From NCBI GenBank assembly GCA_965208325.1, contig OZ242326.1, positions 3,392,001 through 3,456,000 on the forward strand: a stretch of DNA of 64,000 bases. Reading direction: 5' to 3'. The stretch comes from Candidatus Poribacteria bacterium. Its GTDB lineage: Bacteria; Poribacteria; WGA-4E; PCPOR2b. This document shows positions 60,335-64,000 of the stretch, piece by piece (the stretch's first letter is position 1; each line of letters opens with the position of its first letter). A model generated the notes under the pieces. The model did not search any database and was not told the origin of the DNA. It saw only the letters and a list, made by a program, of their open reading frames with translations. A program made the translations under genes and the position numbers.

Positions 60335-60411
60335 CGCAATAAATGCAGTCTGAACCGCGCCGCGCTGGAAACGCCAAACGCACCCGGATTGGACTGAGAT
60401 GAGACAAACTC

Positions 60412-62187
60412 ATGAACTTCAAAACTACGCTGATAATACTCCTAATATTCATCGTTTTTGGCGGGTTGTACCTGCTGTTTTTTCAGGACAAACCTGCTGA
60501 TGATTCGGACGCCGACCAACCGAAAATCGGCGACGCCTACGCACTGGCCAAAGACGACATCCGTCGAGTGCGCATCTCATTCAACGATACCGCCTATGCC
60601 CCGCTTTCACTTACAAAAGACGTTGACAGCGCTTGGCAGTTAACAGAACCAATTATCGCCGACGCACAGGGCGCAAAGATTAACGAGATGCTTAGCGACC
60701 TGCTAAACAAGAAAATCAAGCGCACCCTTGAAGTAGCCACACTGGCGGAGTACGAACTCGATCCGCCCAAGATACAGATTCAACTCTGGACGACAGGCGA
60801 ATCACCCGCAAAGACCTTTCTCATCGGCAAGAGGACAGTCAACTACTCCGTCTACGCAAAGGAGGGATCCGAGCCTCACATCTTCCTAATCGAATCGAGC
60901 GCGCTCGAAGATTTCACGAAATCGGCGTCAGATCTCCGGGATCGGTCGGCTTTAAAATTCGATCCGGAAGAAGTTACGGCGTTGACGGTGCGGGTCATGG
61001 GCGAGAGTGAGATTCGTTGCCATAAACGTGACACGAACCTCTGGCAGATGGACGAACCTGTGGAGACAGCGGCGGACGCTAAAGAGATCGAGTCAATCCT
61101 GTCGGCGCTGGACGCCTTGAAGGCCGTCGTCTTTGTGGAGGATGGCGCGGAGGATGTCACCCCGTATGGACTCGATACGCCGCGAATCCAAGTCCGCCTC
61201 GACCTATCAGACGGCGACACTCAGACGCTGCTAATCGGCGGCGACGATAAGGCAACCGGCCGCATCTACACAAAACGTGCGGACCTCGACGCAGTCTACG
61301 CTGTCAACAGCGAAATTTACGCCAATCTCAATAAGTCTGTTTTCGATCTCCGAAGCAAGCGCGTTATCGACTTCCAGCGAACCGCGGCAATCCGATTTGA
61401 GATTGAACGGCTGGGTCATGAAAAGATTGTTTGCGAGAAAAACAGCGATGGCGAATGGGAAATCATAGCGCCGGTTGTGTTGAAGGCGGATGCATCCGCA
61501 GTCGACGATCTGCTGTTCGGCGTCGATTCGCTCAAGGCAGTCGAATTTGCCGCCGATTTACCCAGAAGCCTTCAGCCGTATGGACTAGATGCCCCGTCAA
61601 TCAAAGTTTCATTCACAACCACGGACGAGGGTACAGCGGCTCTCCTAATCGGGAATTTAAAGGGTGAGACCGTCTACGTAAAATCTCAAAACGCCGAACC
61701 TGTCTACGGGATGAAGAAAAATCTCATTGACCTCGTTGGGGTAGGCGTTGCAGCGTTGCGCGACAAACAGATTCTCGACTTCGAAAGCGATTCCGCGGTT
61801 AAGCTGTCGCTTCGGCATGGCGACACCACCATAACCTGCCAGAAACAGGGGACGAACTGGCGGCTAATTCATCCGGTGCAGGAGGATGCAAAAAATGGAA
61901 CAGTCAACACTATCCTTTATCAGCTTGGCGAGTTGAAAGTCGAGGAGTTTTTAGCGGATATACCCGATGCAGCCAGAGCCGGATTGGATGCGCCGGCAAT
62001 TCAGGTCAACGTCACGTTGAAGGATGGAACCGAGCATGTGCTGCAAATCGGCAAACCTGCAGAATCCGAACACCTCCACGCCCGGTTGTGGCGTTCGCCG
62101 GACACAGTTTTTTTGCTCAAAGCGGAGGTTGCCGAAACGCTCAAGAAAACAGTGGAGGATTTCAGAGCGATCCCTGATGAGGCTTAA
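60412..62187 (+). CDS. DUF4340-repeat protein
   Basis: N-terminal TM; repeated W....P...AD / YGLD.P / LRD.. units. Confidence 0.8.
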   Translation: MNFKTTLIILLIFIVFGGLYLLFFQDKPADDSDADQPKIGDAYALAKDDIRRVRISFNDTAYAPLSLTKDVDSAWQLTEPIIADAQGAKINEMLSDLLNKKIKRTLEVATLAEYELDPPKIQIQLWTTGESPAKTFLIGKRTVNYSVYAKEGSEPHIFLIESSALEDFTKSASDLRDRSALKFDPEEVTALTVRVMGESEIRCHKRDTNLWQMDEPVETAADAKEIESILSALDALKAVVFVEDGAEDVTPYGLDTPRIQVRLDLSDGDTQTLLIGGDDKATGRIYTKRADLDAVYAVNSEIYANLNKSVFDLRSKRVIDFQRTAAIRFEIERLGHEKIVCEKNSDGEWEIIAPVVLKADASAVDDLLFGVDSLKAVEFAADLPRSLQPYGLDAPSIKVSFTTTDEGTAALLIGNLKGETVYVKSQNAEPVYGMKKNLIDLVGVGVAALRDKQILDFESDSAVKLSLRHGDTTITCQKQGTNWRLIHPVQEDAKNGTVNTILYQLGELKVEEFLADIPDAARAGLDAPAIQVNVTLKDGTEHVLQIGKPAESEHLHARLWRSPDTVFLLKAEVAETLKKTVEDFRAIPDEA

Positions 62188-62367
62188 CCCGATATTGGGT
62201 CGGTGCTTTCGGCTGGCGACAACCCATCGCTTCATGCATCTTTGGCGCAACGGAACCCGATATCGCCTTCAACCTCCGTTGCGCTGACCCGCTCGCGGTA
62301 CGAATCCCGCAACGGCGGCCCAAACCCCTCGCCGCCATCCACCTTCAAACCATTAGGCACAAATTAC

Positions 62368-62387
62368 GGCACACGGAGTGTGCCTAC
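62368..62387 (-). repeat. GTAG-type REP palindrome
   Basis: GTAGGCACACTCCGTGTGCC on the minus strand; a similar unit lies at 44382-44404. Confidence 0.55.
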
Positions 62388-62393
62388 TACTTT

Positions 62394-62432
62394 AAAAAAT
62401 AGAGGGGGTAGCTAAACTAGCAACCCCCTCTA
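62394..62432 (-). terminator. intrinsic terminator downstream of the tRNA
   Basis: TAGAGGGGGT...ACCCCCTCTA hairpin followed by TTTTT on the minus strand. Confidence 0.75.
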
Positions 62433-62443
62433 CCGTTCCTTCA

Positions 62444-62526
62444 TGCCCCCGACTGGACTCGAACCAGCATGCCCGTTAAGGCACAGGCCCTCAACCTGCC
62501 GTGTATACCAATTCCACCACAGGGGC
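62444..62526 (-). tRNA. tRNA-Leu(GAG)
   Basis: GCCCCTG acceptor, GGAATTGGTA D-loop, GCAGG-TTGAGGG-CCTGT anticodon arm, long variable arm, GGTTCGAGTCC; CCA not encoded. Confidence 0.95.
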
Positions 62527-62552
62527 GCATTGACTTGCAAACATCAAAAAAA

Positions 62553-62582
62553 ATTATATCATCGGCAATCTGGGAATGTCAA
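62553..62582 (-). promoter_or_regulatory. tRNA promoter
   Basis: Minus-strand TTGACA-18-TATAAT with TG extension. Confidence 0.65.
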
Positions 62583-62628
62583 GTAGAATCAATCGGCTGA
62601 CAAAGCGGAATTGAAGGCTGGGAAGGGT

Positions 62629-63114
62629 CTACTTTCTCCGCAGGAAGAGAAAGCTGTACGAGTACGGGTTGTTTTCATCAGGCTGACAGTCGACGCGCTT
62701 GTCCTCTTGCCAGTCTTCCAAATTAAACGCTGGAAAATAGGTGTTGCCTTCAAAGCAGTGATGTATCAGCGTCATATAGATACGTTCTGCCCGCGGCAAG
62801 AACTGCGCGTAGATTGGTGCGCCGCCGCATATCATCACCTCTTCGTGTGTCTTGACGACGTTCAAAGCCTCTTCGACGGAATTCACCACGACGCAGCCTT
62901 CCGCCCGATAACCGCGGTTGCGCGTCAACACAATATTGATACGGTTCTTTAGCGGTTCCCCAACGGTTTCATAAGTCCTACGCCCCATCACCACAGGCTT
63001 GCGCAAGGTCATTCGGAAGAAATGTTTCAAATCGGCGGGCAGATTCCAAGGCAGCCCTTCGCCCGTGCCAATCAGGCGGTTTTTATCCATTGCTGTGATG
63101 ATGGAGATAATCAT
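62629..63114 (-). CDS. folA: dihydrofolate reductase
   Basis: LPWNLPADLKHF, VMGRRT, GGA.IY. Confidence 0.95.
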   Translation of the reverse strand: MIISIITAMDKNRLIGTGEGLPWNLPADLKHFFRMTLRKPVVMGRRTYETVGEPLKNRINIVLTRNRGYRAEGCVVVNSVEEALNVVKTHEEVMICGGAPIYAQFLPRAERIYMTLIHHCFEGNTYFPAFNLEDWQEDKRVDCQPDENNPYSYSFLFLRRK

Positions 63115-63126
63115 CGGCGCGCCCCT

Positions 63127-63948
63127 TCACACCACCATCGGCGCTTTTATAACGCCGTGAGCTTTATAATTGCGCAGCTCGATATCCTGCATCTTGAAGT
63201 CGTCAATCGAAGTTATCGTCGGGTTCAGGTAGAGTTCCGGCAGTTGGTGCGGTTGGCGTCCCAACTGCATCTCTACCTGTTCGAAATGGAGGTGGTAGAT
63301 GTGGGCATCGCCCAAAGTGTGGATGAACTCGCCCGGCGCCAGGTCCGTTATTTGTGCGACCATGTGCAGCAGCAAGGCGTATGAGGCGATATTGAACGGC
63401 ACACCAAGAAACATATCACAGCTCCGCTGATACAACTGCAGCGACAATTTTCCGTCAGCCACGAAGAACTGGAAAAGTGTGTGGCAGGGTTCAAGAGCCA
63501 TCTGATCCAATTCCCCCGGATTCCAAGCCGACACCACATGGCGGCGGCTGTAGGGTTGAGATTTAATGCCTTCGATAACATTGGAAAGCTGGTCTATGGA
63601 TTGCCCGTCGCCAGTTTTCCAAGACCGCCACTGCACACCGTAAATTCGCCCGAGATCGCCTTCAAAACGCGCCTTGGGTTTCCAATAATCCGCATCGGCA
63701 TTTGCGTCCCAGATGCGGCAACCTAGCTTCTGGAAATCTTTTACATCGGAGTAGCCTCTCAAGAAGCCCAGCAGTTCTGCCTTCACGCCGGTTTTGAACG
63801 CAAGTTTTTTGGTCGTGACGGCTGGAAAACCGTCCGCCATATCGTATCGCATCTGCATGCCGAACAGTGCGCGTGAGAGGCCGTTGCGGCCGTCGCGATC
63901 CACGCCGTTATCCATAATCTGTTTCAGCGCATCTAAATACTGCTTCAT
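63127..63948 (-). CDS. thyA: thymidylate synthase
   Basis: TTKK, LGRIYG.QWR, PCH, YQRSCD..LGVPFN, GDAHIY. Confidence 0.97.
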   Translation of the reverse strand: MKQYLDALKQIMDNGVDRDGRNGLSRALFGMQMRYDMADGFPAVTTKKLAFKTGVKAELLGFLRGYSDVKDFQKLGCRIWDANADADYWKPKARFEGDLGRIYGVQWRSWKTGDGQSIDQLSNVIEGIKSQPYSRRHVVSAWNPGELDQMALEPCHTLFQFFVADGKLSLQLYQRSCDMFLGVPFNIASYALLLHMVAQITDLAPGEFIHTLGDAHIYHLHFEQVEMQLGRQPHQLPELYLNPTITSIDDFKMQDIELRNYKAHGVIKAPMVV

Positions 63949-64000
63949 CGTCTCCCGTTCGTGTGTGCGTGGGTTTGAAAATTACGCTACGAACTGCTCG

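Noticed and set aside
62190..62526. tRNA-anchored integrative element
   Set aside because: No integrase and no duplicated tRNA 3' end seen in the window

Overview
Bacterial chromosomal window. The lineage is inferred, not demonstrated: the gene repertoire (PhyH, FlgD/T9SS-like C-terminal domains, lineage-specific hypothetical families) suggests Candidatus Poribacteria or a PVC-like group. (1) 0.4-12.6 kb: a Tro/Mnt-type metal ABC operon with DtxR-like operators, a MEMO1-family protein, an M28 peptidase, a PhyH dioxygenase, a secreted YceI protein with 21 Asn-Pro-Cys repeats, and a Crp/Fnr regulator. (2) 12.6-21.2 kb: a decaying accessory region with minus-strand hypotheticals, IS5 fragments, pseudogenes and an Arc-like regulator. 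(3) 23.3-57.8 kb: a ~35-kb co-oriented respiratory superlocus. It holds a Rieske/cyt b6/subunit IV complex with an octaheme cytochrome c; a non-canonical cytochrome bd-like (CydA-only) module with three membrane cytochromes c and two putative type-1 copper proteins; a complete A-family aa3 oxidase with assembly genes; and an uncharacterised cluster in which six BchB-C-terminal-like (PCP_red) domains are spread over four proteins (USP-rubredoxin, Zn-ribbon, AhbD/NirJ-like radical SAM, coiled-coil) next to Mrp/ApbC and a ChdC/Cld-family protein. (4) 57.9-64 kb: GldF/GldG/DUF4340 genes, tRNA-Leu(GAG), folA and thyA. The most novel signals are the PCP_red cluster, the bd-like module, an identical palindrome at the same position in two respiratory promoters, and the NPC-repeat YceI. 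All family assignments come from motif recognition by eye; no database searches were run.
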